A stretch of 64,000 nucleotides of DNA, from the NCBI GenBank assembly GCA_964558915.1, contig CAZLFV010000003.1, forward strand, positions 743-64,742, given 5' to 3'. Below are positions 28,585 to 37,944 of the stretch, piece by piece. Below the pieces are notes generated by a model. That model ran no database searches. It saw nothing but the letters and a program-made list of their open reading frames with translations, and had not been told where the DNA came from. This stretch comes from an uncultured Eubacteriales bacterium. GTDB lineage: Bacteria; Acidobacteriota; Aminicenantia; Aminicenantales; UBA8522. The translations under genes were made by a program, and so were the position numbers. Within the stretch, counting starts at the first letter, position 1, and every line of letters starts with the position of its first letter.

Positions 28585-29249
28585 GGCAGGACCTCCTTGC
28601 CGATGACTTTTCCCTTAAACAGGAACAGGATTTTATCCCCGAAGTGGCGGATGAGCTCTTTGTCATGGCTGCAAATGATTACGGTCGTCCCTTGTTTGTT
28701 GATCTCTTTGAATATGCTTATGATCTCGAACGCAAGCTCCGGGTCGAGATTGCCTGTGGGCTCGTCAGCGAGAAGGATCTGGGGCCTGTTCACGACGGCA
28801 CGGGCAATCGCCACACGCTGTTGTTCTCCGTAGGAAAGGTGAGACGGATACTCCCACATCTTTTGATGGAGGTTGACCATTCTGAGAGCCTCGAAGACCC
28901 GGCGGCGGATCTCTTTAACCGGGATGCCCAGGATATGAAGGCCGAGAGCCACGTTGTCAAAGACCTTTTTATGGAAGAGCAGGCGGAAGTCCTGGAAAAC
29001 GATGCCCATCGTCCGGCGGAGTTTATAGATCTTGTGGTCGTGCAGCCGCAGGATATTGACGCCGTCGATGACAATCTGGCCCCGTGTCGGCAGGATCTCG
29101 CGAAAAATGATCTTGAGAAGAGTTGATTTCCCGGAGCCGCTCGGCCCGGTGATGAACCAGAAATCGCCTTTATTAACTTGGAGGCTGATGTCCACGAGGG
29201 CCCACTGGCCCTCCTGGTATTGTTTCCAGATGTGGTAGAGTTCTATCAC
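28569..29249 (-). CDS. ftsE: Cell division ATP-binding protein FtsE
   Basis: Walker A GPSGSGKST, signature LSYGEQQR and Walker B ILLADEP. Confidence 0.92.
   Translation of the reverse strand: MIELYHIWKQYQEGQWALVDISLQVNKGDFWFITGPSGSGKSTLLKIIFREILPTRGQIVIDGVNILRLHDHKIYKLRRTMGIVFQDFRLLFHKKVFDNVALGLHILGIPVKEIRRRVFEALRMVNLHQKMWEYPSHLSYGEQQRVAIARAVVNRPQILLADEPTGNLDPELAFEIISIFKEINKQGTTVIICSHDKELIRHFGDKILFLFKGKVIGKEVLPSSKR
28592..28598 (-). promoter_or_regulatory. Shine-Dalgarno AAGGAGG inside the ftsE 3' end, 7 nt upstream of in-frame ATC of ftsX
   Basis: Plus-strand CCTCCTT at 28592-28598 reads AAGGAGG on the minus strand. Confidence 0.5.
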
Positions 29250-29379
29250 GGCTCGACTCAGGTTCTCGCCTCACTCCGGCTGGTGTTGAAGCGCGCCTGG
29301 GATTCTCTGGCCATACCCGTATTTTCCGCGGAAGGATTATAACACACCAACAGGCGGGGATTGAAGCAGAAAGCGTGTT

Positions 29380-29559
29380 TTAACGGGCGAAAAGGTACAT
29401 AAACCAGCCGAAGGCCAACGCTCCTGCGATCATGATCAGGAAAAGAGAGAGGCCGTATCTTATGCGGCTTTTCCTGTCATCCCGGCGGATGAGGGCAAGG
29501 ACCAGGGAAACAAAGAAAGCATAAATGACCATGGAGAGAAGATGGCTTTCAAAGATCAT
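29380..29559 (-). CDS. Candidate 59-aa two-TM membrane protein
   Basis: The product is MIFESHLLSMVIYAFFVSLVLALIRRDDRKSRIRYGLSLFLIMIAGALAFGWFMYLFAR. It has an ATGA overlap with the upstream gene's stop. It is just below the ORF-track cut-off. Confidence 0.4.
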   Translation of the reverse strand: MIFESHLLSMVIYAFFVSLVLALIRRDDRKSRIRYGLSLFLIMIAGALAFGWFMYLFAR

Positions 29560-29957
29560 TTCTTTTTCCCTTTGGCGATATCATAGGCATCAAGAGCGAC
29601 GAGATAATTCAACAGTCCGGCCCCAGCGATATAGGCCGTACCAAACTCAAAAGTCGCCCGGTCCAAAGCGCCCTGCCCGAACGAGAGAAATCGAGAAAGC
29701 GCAAAAACAAGAAAATTCCCAAGATCGGCAAAAAAAGCCAAAAGCGTAAGCGGATTCTCGGCTTGGAGCGGGTAAATCCTCCCGCCCATGGCGAGGCCCA
29801 GCGCTGTCATAGCCCCTATGGATACAAAAAATGTCAGGGCGCGCCAGAACCTTTTTTGGAGCAGATGTCCGAATCCAGGAACGATCCACCCAGCAAGGAG
29901 ACAAATAATTTCTTTCATGTTTGGTATGAGTTTAAAAATATTAAAGGAAATCCCCAA
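29556..29957 (-). CDS. Membrane protein (PGFGH motif, DUF6677-like)
   Basis: 133 aa with GWIVPGFGHLLQKRFWRAL followed by several TM helices. The start is uncertain: TTG at 29957 or ATG at 29918. Confidence 0.5.
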   Translation of the reverse strand: MGISFNIFKLIPNMKEIICLLAGWIVPGFGHLLQKRFWRALTFFVSIGAMTALGLAMGGRIYPLQAENPLTLLAFFADLGNFLVFALSRFLSFGQGALDRATFEFGTAYIAGAGLLNYLVALDAYDIAKGKKK

Positions 29958-30044
29958 TTAAATCAAGGGGAATGATTCGCTGCGGTGGAATTTTGGTGAG
30001 GGTTGTCATTGAGAAATGCCCCCGCCTTAAAATAGAATAGGCTG

Positions 30045-30890
30045 GTGCCGGAGCTTCCCGAGGTAGAAACAATCGTCCGCTGTCTCAAGCCTCGTCTTGT
30101 CGGGCTGACGATCTCGAGGACGGAGCTCTGGTGGCCGAAGCTTCTCCGGAATAGAAACAGAGCCATCCTTCGTCGGCTAGAAGGCCAGCGGGTCACGGGG
30201 CTGAGACGCCGGGGCAAGTTGATCTGTCTGGATTCGAGCGGGGGCCTAACTTTGCTTATTCATCTCAAGATGACAGGCCAGTTGCTGTTTTGCCGGGAAA
30301 GTGGTCCTTGCGACAAACATACCCATCTTATTATTTTTTTCGAGGAGGGCCGGCCGCAGCTGCGCTTCCGGGATGTTCGAAAATTCGGGTTTCTCAGGCT
30401 CCTTGAGTCTCGAGCGGCGGATCGGTCGGCCGAGCTCAGCGGGCTGGGCGCAGAACCTCTAGAAATTGACCGGCCTATTTTCCTCGAGCTTTTTGGCCGA
30501 AGGCGCGGTCGCATCAAGCCCCTGCTCCTCAATCAAAGCGTTGTTGCCGGAATTGGCAATATCTACGCCGACGAAATCCTTTTCCAGGCCGGGATCCATC
30601 CGGGCTCAGACGTTTCCTGTCTTCGCCGAAAAAGCCTGGAGAATCTTTGGGATGCCATGCGGCTCGTTTTGTCACGGGCCATCAAGTCGAGAGGGACCTC
30701 GATCAGAGACTATCGCGACGGTGACGGTCTGCGGGGCGGTTTCCAGGATTTCCTGTGCGTTTATGGCCGGGAGTCGCTTCCTTGTCCGCGATGCGGCAGG
30801 AAGATCAAGCGCCTGCGTATCGCCGGGAGAGGCAGTTTTTTCTGCCCCCGCTGCCAGAAGCTGTTATTTCCTCGAGTCCAATGTGTTTGA
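30045..30890 (+). CDS. mutM: Formamidopyrimidine-DNA glycosylase
   Basis: GTG start followed by PELPEVE, an H2TH region, and a C-terminal zinc finger CPRCG...FFCPRCQ. Confidence 0.92.
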   Translation: MPELPEVETIVRCLKPRLVGLTISRTELWWPKLLRNRNRAILRRLEGQRVTGLRRRGKLICLDSSGGLTLLIHLKMTGQLLFCRESGPCDKHTHLIIFFEEGRPQLRFRDVRKFGFLRLLESRAADRSAELSGLGAEPLEIDRPIFLELFGRRRGRIKPLLLNQSVVAGIGNIYADEILFQAGIHPGSDVSCLRRKSLENLWDAMRLVLSRAIKSRGTSIRDYRDGDGLRGGFQDFLCVYGRESLPCPRCGRKIKRLRIAGRGSFFCPRCQKLLFPRVQCV

Positions 30891-30949
30891 CAGATGAATC
30901 GCTTTTATTATAAGTTTTAGTTCCAGAAGAGAACGAGGAGGAAGAGCGG

Positions 30950-31402
30950 ATGGAATTTTCCACGTTTGCTGAGGTCCTTGAATTTGCCATTCAGCGTGAA
31001 GAGGAAGCTGCCAACGGCTATGCCGGCCTTCGGAAAATGGCCCAGGACGAGAGCGCTAAGAGACTCCTGCTGGACCTTGAGGAGGAGGAAAAGAACCACA
31101 AGAGAATTCTTCAGGATCTGACTCAAGGAAGGATAGAAACGTCCGCTGCCGAGGATATTCCAGACTTGAAGATCAGCGATTATCTTGTCGAGGAGCCACT
31201 CGGCCCGGAGATGAATTTTCAGGAGCTCTTGATCTTTGCGGCCAAAAAAGAGAAGAAAGCCGCCGAGCTTTACCATGATCTCGCCAAGAAATCGGAGGTC
31301 AAGGAGCAAAAAAGACTGTTTGAGTTCTTGTCCAAGCAGGAAAAAACACATAAGCTGCGCCTGGAGCTTGAATACGAGAAGCATGTCCTTTGGGAAGACT
31401 AG
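30950..31402 (+). CDS. Erythrin-like ferritin-fold diiron protein (rubrerythrin family without rubredoxin domain)
   Basis: 150 aa with two E...ExxH pairs (EEEKNH, QEKTH). Confidence 0.72.
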   Translation: MEFSTFAEVLEFAIQREEEAANGYAGLRKMAQDESAKRLLLDLEEEEKNHKRILQDLTQGRIETSAAEDIPDLKISDYLVEEPLGPEMNFQELLIFAAKKEKKAAELYHDLAKKSEVKEQKRLFEFLSKQEKTHKLRLELEYEKHVLWED

Positions 31403-31449
31403 GCGTCCGAGGAACGAGACTCTACCCCATTGAGAAAGGAGAAAGGACA

Positions 31450-31611
31450 ATGGAGAAATGGGAATGCACGGCCTGCGGTTATATCTATGACCCGGAGAAG
31501 GGCGACCCTGAAAACGGGGTAAGCCCGGGTACTTCGTTCGAAGAACTTCCTGAAGACTGGGTTTGCCCGCAGTGCGGCGTCAGCAAAGATTTTTTCCAGA
31601 AAGTCGCTTAG
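31450..31611 (+). CDS. Rubredoxin
   Basis: 53 aa, [11 protein letters not shown]...WVCPQCG, with two CxxCG knuckles. The ORF track opens at 31390, but the ATG at 31450 follows GAAAGGAGAAAGG. Confidence 0.92.
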   Translation: MEKWECTACGYIYDPEKGDPENGVSPGTSFEELPEDWVCPQCGVSKDFFQKVA

Positions 31612-31638
31612 TGGCAAAAGGAGGATAAAGCACTCTCG

Positions 31639-32841
31639 ATGAACGTTCTGATCATCGGCAACGGTTTGGCCGGGACGATGGCCGCTAAAACACTGCGGGA
31701 GCTCGATTCTACCGTGGAAATCCAAGTTTTTTCAGGGGAAAAATACCCCTATTATCCGCGGCCCAACCTCATCGAGTATCTTTCGGGCCGGCTCCCTTAT
31801 GGACGGATTTTTGCTTTTTCCGAGGAATGGCACGTCAGACAAAAAATCGGCCTGCATTTTAGCGAACCGGTGAGGAGGATCCTTCCCGGCTCCCAGGAAA
31901 TCGAATTGGACGGGGCCCGGAGGGAGAAATACGACGCCCTGCTAGTCGCCACCGGCGCCCTTTCCTTTATTCCGCCGATTAAAGGCGCTGACAAGCGTGG
32001 AGTTTTTGCTCTCCGGACTTTGGATGACGCCTTGGCCATCCTCGACTATTTAAAAAAGCACAGGAATGTTGCTGTTATCGGCGGAGGCCTTCTCGGGCTT
32101 GAAATCGCCAGAGCTCTGAAACTGCAGGGCGCGGAAGTTCGTGTGCTGGAGTTTTTTGACCGCCTTTTGCCTCTTCAGCTTGATGCCGATGGAGCTACGG
32201 TCCTAAAAGACCAGATCGAAAGCTTGGGAATCAGAGTGAGCCTGGGCGTTGTGACCCAGGAAATCCTGGGCGACGGAGAAGTGAGTGGAATCGGGCTCAA
32301 AGGCGGGGAGAAGATGAGTGTTGATATGGTCCTCATTGCGGCCGGTGTGAGGTCGAACCTGGACCTGGCCAGGGATGCCGGGCTGGCTCTGGACCGCGGG
32401 CTCATGGTCGATGACTATCTCCGGACAAGCCAGCCGCAGATATTTGGAGCCGGCGATGTGGTCCAACACCGGGGCAAGTTCTACGGGATCATCCCGGCTT
32501 CCTTCGACCAGGCCAGGACTGCAGCTTATAATATTCTCGGCCAATGGAAAAAATATGAGGGGACCATCCCTTCGAACACTCTGAAGGTCGCAGGCCTCTA
32601 TGTGACATCGGTCGGGCAGACAAGCCCAGACAGCCCCGAGTTTACGGAAATTAAAAAACTGAAAAAAGAAGAAGGGATTTATAAAAAAATCGTGTTAAAG
32701 GAAGGCGCCTTGGTGGGCGCCATCTGGATGGGAACAAAAAAGGGAGTGAATGAAATTTCCCGCGCAGTCGCTTTGAACCTTCAGGTGAATCAGTGGGTCA
32801 ACAACCTGCTTGAAGATACGTTTGATTTTTCCGTGCTATGA
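31639..32841 (+). CDS. NAD(P)H:rubredoxin oxidoreductase-like flavoprotein
   Basis: Two Rossmann motifs (IIGNGLAGT, VIGGGLLGLE). It follows the rubredoxin gene. Confidence 0.8.
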   Translation: MNVLIIGNGLAGTMAAKTLRELDSTVEIQVFSGEKYPYYPRPNLIEYLSGRLPYGRIFAFSEEWHVRQKIGLHFSEPVRRILPGSQEIELDGARREKYDALLVATGALSFIPPIKGADKRGVFALRTLDDALAILDYLKKHRNVAVIGGGLLGLEIARALKLQGAEVRVLEFFDRLLPLQLDADGATVLKDQIESLGIRVSLGVVTQEILGDGEVSGIGLKGGEKMSVDMVLIAAGVRSNLDLARDAGLALDRGLMVDDYLRTSQPQIFGAGDVVQHRGKFYGIIPASFDQARTAAYNILGQWKKYEGTIPSNTLKVAGLYVTSVGQTSPDSPEFTEIKKLKKEEGIYKKIVLKEGALVGAIWMGTKKGVNEISRAVALNLQVNQWVNNLLEDTFDFSVL

Positions 32842-33851
32842 AGGCCAAATTCGTCGTTCTTTCTCTTGCGGTTCTGCTCCTGGTCGCGGCAGCCCAGGCC
32901 CAGCTCCAGGTGAAGGGTTTTCTTTCCTTCGACTATGTCAAAGGTCAATCCCAAAGCAGTAATCCCAACGGCACGTTCGAAAACGCGGGGGGCGGGCTTT
33001 TTTTCTTCGGAACGCTGGCGAAGAGTTTTGATTACAATCTTGAGGTCCAGTACAGGAGCGTTACGACAATGGAGCTTGAAGAAGCTTGGGTGGGAATCCG
33101 CTCTTCAGACGTTTTCCATTTGAAGCTCGGGCTCTATCTTGTGCCTTTTGGCATTTATAATGCGGCCAGTCGGCCTTATCAAACGCTCTTTGTCCAAACG
33201 CCTGTACCAGTAGCGAACCTTTACCCCCGGAGCTGGAGGGACCTGGGGGTCTTGGCTCAAGGCCGGTACGATTTCTTCACTTATTCTATTTACCTGGGCA
33301 ACGGACTGCAGGAAGGGATGGAGCTTCAGGACAGTCAACAGTTTCAGGATAATAACAAGAACAAGGGAGTGGGCGGGAGAGTCGGGTTTTTCTTGAGCCA
33401 ATCCTTTGAAGTCGGGTTTTCTTCTTACCGGGGGAAATATGACAGCGCCAACACGAGAGCGTTGTCTCTTTGGGACGCCGATGTGAGCTGGAAGACGGAG
33501 GGATTTACTGTCCTGTACGAATACGCCAAAGCTGATCTGGACAATCCGGCTGGCTATTCTCAAGGAGAAGCCCGGGGGTATTACGCCTTTCTCTCGCTCA
33601 CCCTAACGGACTTTTCGCCCTGGGCCAGCTATCAGACGATGAAGTACGCGGACCCGTTTCATGGGCCGGGGTTCGAGCCAGAAGTGAGCCCGGGCGCAGG
33701 AATCTCCAGCAGTCTGAGCCGTTGGGCTGTCGGTCTCGTGTATTATGCTTCTCCCACTATCCTGTTCAAGTTCGAGTATGATTTTAACAGCAGCGGTGAT
33801 AGTAACCTTAAGGATGATGTTTTTTCCGCCCAGGTGGCCTGGCAATTTTGA
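32838..33851 (+). CDS. Outer-membrane beta-barrel (porin-like) protein
   Basis: Signal peptide MKAKFVVLSLAVLLLVAAAQAQ, an alternating beta-strand pattern and a C-terminal ...VAWQF. It has an ATGA overlap with the reductase gene. Confidence 0.6.
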   Translation: MKAKFVVLSLAVLLLVAAAQAQLQVKGFLSFDYVKGQSQSSNPNGTFENAGGGLFFFGTLAKSFDYNLEVQYRSVTTMELEEAWVGIRSSDVFHLKLGLYLVPFGIYNAASRPYQTLFVQTPVPVANLYPRSWRDLGVLAQGRYDFFTYSIYLGNGLQEGMELQDSQQFQDNNKNKGVGGRVGFFLSQSFEVGFSSYRGKYDSANTRALSLWDADVSWKTEGFTVLYEYAKADLDNPAGYSQGEARGYYAFLSLTLTDFSPWASYQTMKYADPFHGPGFEPEVSPGAGISSSLSRWAVGLVYYASPTILFKFEYDFNSSGDSNLKDDVFSAQVAWQF

Positions 33852-33868
33852 CCTATAATATTTCCTGA

Positions 33869-35203
<1,335 letters not shown>

Positions 35204-35239
35204 TCAGGTTCGAACAAAGCCAATGTCAAGGAGGGTATT

Positions 35240-36715
35240 ATGCGTCTCAGCGCAAAAACGAAACTAGATGATTTGCTCAGGAGTTATCCTTTTCTCCTCA
35301 AGTTCCTGGCCGGACTTTCCCCCAAGTTTTCCAAATTGAAGAGCCCGATCATGCGCAAGACGGTGGGCAAGATCGCCACGATTCAACAGGTCGCCGGGTT
35401 CGGGGGCATATCCTTGGCAGAGCTTTTGGAGAAAATTCGGGGTGAGATCATAAGGGTTACGGGGGAAGATGTGGAAGTGGAGACAAGCGCGGAGGCGCCG
35501 GAGCCCTTTGCCGCCAGAGACGCCCGGCTGGAGGTGCTTAAAGATATTATTCGTGAGTTGCACAAAGGCGGAAACCTTGAGGATCAGAAGAGGCGTTTCG
35601 CTGAGCTTATCAAGGATACAAGCCCAACAGAGATTGCAGAGATGGAGCAGGCGTTGATGAAGGAAGGAATGCCGGAGGATGAGGTCAAGCGCCTTTGCGA
35701 TGTCCATGTCCAGGTCTTTAAAGAGTCGCTGGAAGAGAAGCCCTTACCGTTTTCTATGCCCGGTCATCCTCTCCACACTCTGATGGAAGAGAATAGGGCA
35801 CTTGAAGGGCTCCTTCGGAGGTGGAAAGAGCTCCTCGGGAAGGTCGGGGCCGCGGGGGGAGAAGCGATCCTCCGGACGAGGAAAGAGGAACTCCGGGACT
35901 ATTGGCAAGACCTGGCTGAAGTTGAAAAGCATTATCTCAAGAAAGAGAACCAGCTTTTTCCGCTTCTCGAGGCCAAAGGGGTCAGCGGCCCGTCCAAAGT
36001 AATGTGGGCGATCCACGATGATATTCGAGCTCAGCTTCGGGAATTCCGGCAGCTTCTCGGTGAGGAGAACCCAGGCGAGATCATCAAACTGGGCCGCAAG
36101 ATCAGCGATGCCATGGCTGATATGATTTATAAAGAGGAAAAGATCCTTTTTCCGATGAGCCTGGAAACGCTTGACGAGATGGACTGGGCTCGAGTCAAGC
36201 GCGGTGAGGAAGAGATCGGATATGCCTGGATTCAACCCGGGACGGAGTGGAAAAGCGCGGTCAGGATCGATGAAATTCCGGCTTTCGGGCAGGGGAGGGA
36301 ATCGTTCAGGCGGGTTGATCTTGATACGGGCGCGCTGACCACGGAGCAGGTGAACCTGCTGCTTAAGACTCTTCCCGTTGATATTAGTTTTGTGGATGAG
36401 AATGACACCGTTCTTTATTACTCGGCGACCGCGGACCGAATTTTTCCCAGAAGCGCCGCGGTGATTGGACGGAAAGTCCAGAACTGCCATCCGCCCGCGA
36501 GCGTCCACGTGGTCAACCGCATCCTTGATGCCTTTAAGTCGGGCCAGCGCGATGTGGCCGAGTTCTGGATCGAATTGCGGGGAAAATTTATCCTCATCCG
36601 CTACTATGCCGTTCGCGACGAGAACCGCATGTATAAAGGCTGTCTGGAAGTCAGCCAGGATGTCACAGCCATCCGCGGGCTCAAAGGCGAGAAGAGGCTT
36701 CTGGATTGGGAATAA
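35240..36715 (+). CDS. DUF1858 - hemerythrin-like - DUF438 - PAS multidomain protein
   Basis: 491 aa. The N-terminus ...SPIMRKTVGKIATIQQVA... is DUF1858-like. HHE-type helices follow, then ...DISFVDENDTVLYYS... (DUF438) and a C-terminal PAS-like region. Confidence 0.78.
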   Translation: MRLSAKTKLDDLLRSYPFLLKFLAGLSPKFSKLKSPIMRKTVGKIATIQQVAGFGGISLAELLEKIRGEIIRVTGEDVEVETSAEAPEPFAARDARLEVLKDIIRELHKGGNLEDQKRRFAELIKDTSPTEIAEMEQALMKEGMPEDEVKRLCDVHVQVFKESLEEKPLPFSMPGHPLHTLMEENRALEGLLRRWKELLGKVGAAGGEAILRTRKEELRDYWQDLAEVEKHYLKKENQLFPLLEAKGVSGPSKVMWAIHDDIRAQLREFRQLLGEENPGEIIKLGRKISDAMADMIYKEEKILFPMSLETLDEMDWARVKRGEEEIGYAWIQPGTEWKSAVRIDEIPAFGQGRESFRRVDLDTGALTTEQVNLLLKTLPVDISFVDENDTVLYYSATADRIFPRSAAVIGRKVQNCHPPASVHVVNRILDAFKSGQRDVAEFWIELRGKFILIRYYAVRDENRMYKGCLEVSQDVTAIRGLKGEKRLLDWE

Positions 36716-37080
36716 CCCTCCCAGACCGAGGAGGAATGTTCGTTTCCGTAATTCAGGCGATAAGGCAGGCAGGGTAGCACGGCTAGGTGGGCTCCCGACA
36801 GGGCTCGAGAGATGTGGCTCGAAGTCATGCTGCGATTTTCCCCATCGGTTTCTTGGAGGGAGAACGCTCCGCGTTCCCCCTTCCAACAGTCGCTTCGCTC
36901 CCTGCCTCCCCTTCTCGAGCTTCGCTCTGCGACCAAAGGGGCCATCCCCCTTGGAACCCCATGATTTGCATGCGCAAATCATAAATCTTGCTCGATTCGC
37001 TCCTCGCTCATACGAACTTCTCACCACATCCTCCCTTGCCTCATCCCCCCAGGGGGACTAATCTGCTCGCACCCTAAATG
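36716..37080. repeat. Degenerate dispersed repeat, copy B (pyrimidine-rich on plus strand)
   Basis: It shares ordered sequence blocks with 26600-26930, and the CCTTGGAAC core with 18930-18948. TTCGCTC strings recur internally at about 36893, 36920 and 36986. Confidence 0.6.
36961..36982. repeat. Perfect 9-bp inverted repeat with 4-nt spacer (ATGATTTGC-ATGC-GCAAATCAT)
   Basis: Read directly from the sequence. It is either a hairpin or a dyad operator-like site inside repeat copy B. Confidence 0.8.
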
Positions 37081-37148
37081 GATCATCGCCCTGACTATGG
37101 AAGCGAAAGCTAAATGAGGATGCGACGCTATCCTCAGCAAGGGTCTGG

Positions 37149-37178
37149 TTGACATCAGGAACCGTCACTGGGTATGAT
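37149..37178 (+). promoter_or_regulatory. Sigma-70-like promoter (TTGACA - 18 nt - TATGAT)
   Basis: TTGACA at 37149-37154 and TATGAT at 37173-37178, about 45 nt upstream of the 37223 ATG. Confidence 0.5.
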
Positions 37179-37222
37179 TTTTCTAGACTTTAATAATTTT
37201 GACTCAATGGAGGAGGTTCTAA

Positions 37223-37387
37223 ATGCCGACTAAAGCCAAAGCCGCAAGAAAAGTTAAAAAGCAAGAAGCCTACGAATGCGGTGCCTGTGGTTATCGCCTG
37301 ATTGTCGATGAGGCCTGCGGCTGTACCGAGGAGCACGTTTTTCTGTGCTGCAATCAGCCGATGAAGAAGAAGCTTGTGAAGAAGTAA
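37223..37387 (+). CDS. Small Cys-rich desulforedoxin-like protein (54 aa)
   Basis: GGAGGAGG RBS 7 nt upstream. The product is MPTKAKAARKVKKQEAYECGACGYRLIVDEACGCTEEHVFLCCNQPMKKKLVKK. The Y-x-C-x-x-C-G ... L-C-C-N-Q-x-M pattern matches desulforedoxin / the desulfoferrodoxin N-domain. Not in the ORF track (under 60 aa). Confidence 0.55.
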   Translation: MPTKAKAARKVKKQEAYECGACGYRLIVDEACGCTEEHVFLCCNQPMKKKLVKK

Positions 37388-37416
37388 GCCTAGCTCATTT
37401 TCATTAGGCTTTTTTC
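37387..37416 (+). terminator. Rho-independent terminator-like hairpin plus T-run
   Basis: AGCCTA (37387-37392) pairs with TAGGCT (37405-37410) across a 12-nt loop, followed by TTTTT. Confidence 0.5.
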
Positions 37417-37944
37417 TCGACCTGCGGCTCGCGTGCCAAGCTTTTCGCTCCCAGAGATTGCCTTGAAGGCGAGAATGCCGTGGTCCTCAGATACGTCAAG
37501 GATTTTCTTGAGGAGATTATCGTTTTGGATGAGGACCAATCCTACGCGATCGGGGAAGTTCGCTTCTCCACTTCGGTACGCCATCAGCACACGGCCGAAA
37601 CCTACGGCCTCAAGTTCCGTCTCGGCGGCCAGGTCGTATCTTTTCTGGTCGACACCAAATTTTTCCCCGGCTTGATCGAAAGCTACGGGGATTCGGATAT
37701 CCTGGTCATCCACGTCGTCAAGGACACTCCCTTTGAGGACAAAGAGATTCTGCATCTTACGCTCGAGGACGCCAGAAGGATCATTACTGCGGTCAGGCCT
37801 CGGCGCGCCGTCTTGACTCATTTTGGCATGGCCATGCTCAAAGCCGATCCTTTGGCACTGGCCATGGACATGCAAAAGGAACTTGGAATCGAAGTCACGG
37901 CCGCAACCGACGGCCTGAGGATTGATCTTGGAGGAGGAGAATGA
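37408..37944 (+). pseudogene. MBL-fold hydrolase, 5'-truncated (C-terminal ~150-175 codons only)
   Basis: The frame opens at 37408, right after the terminator, and the first start is a GTG at 37480. The sequence matches only the C-terminal half of MBL-fold proteins (...AVLTHFG...). No HxHxDH motif is present. Confidence 0.5.

Noticed and set aside
35744-37027. A 427-aa ORF on the minus strand, the longest unexplained ORF in the window.
   Set aside because: It is antisense to the well-supported DUF438-family gene and runs into the repeat island. Its sequence is low-complexity (Arg/Pro/Gly/Ser-rich) with no motif. Many similarly long antisense ORFs occur opposite confident genes here, so this looks like a codon-bias artefact.
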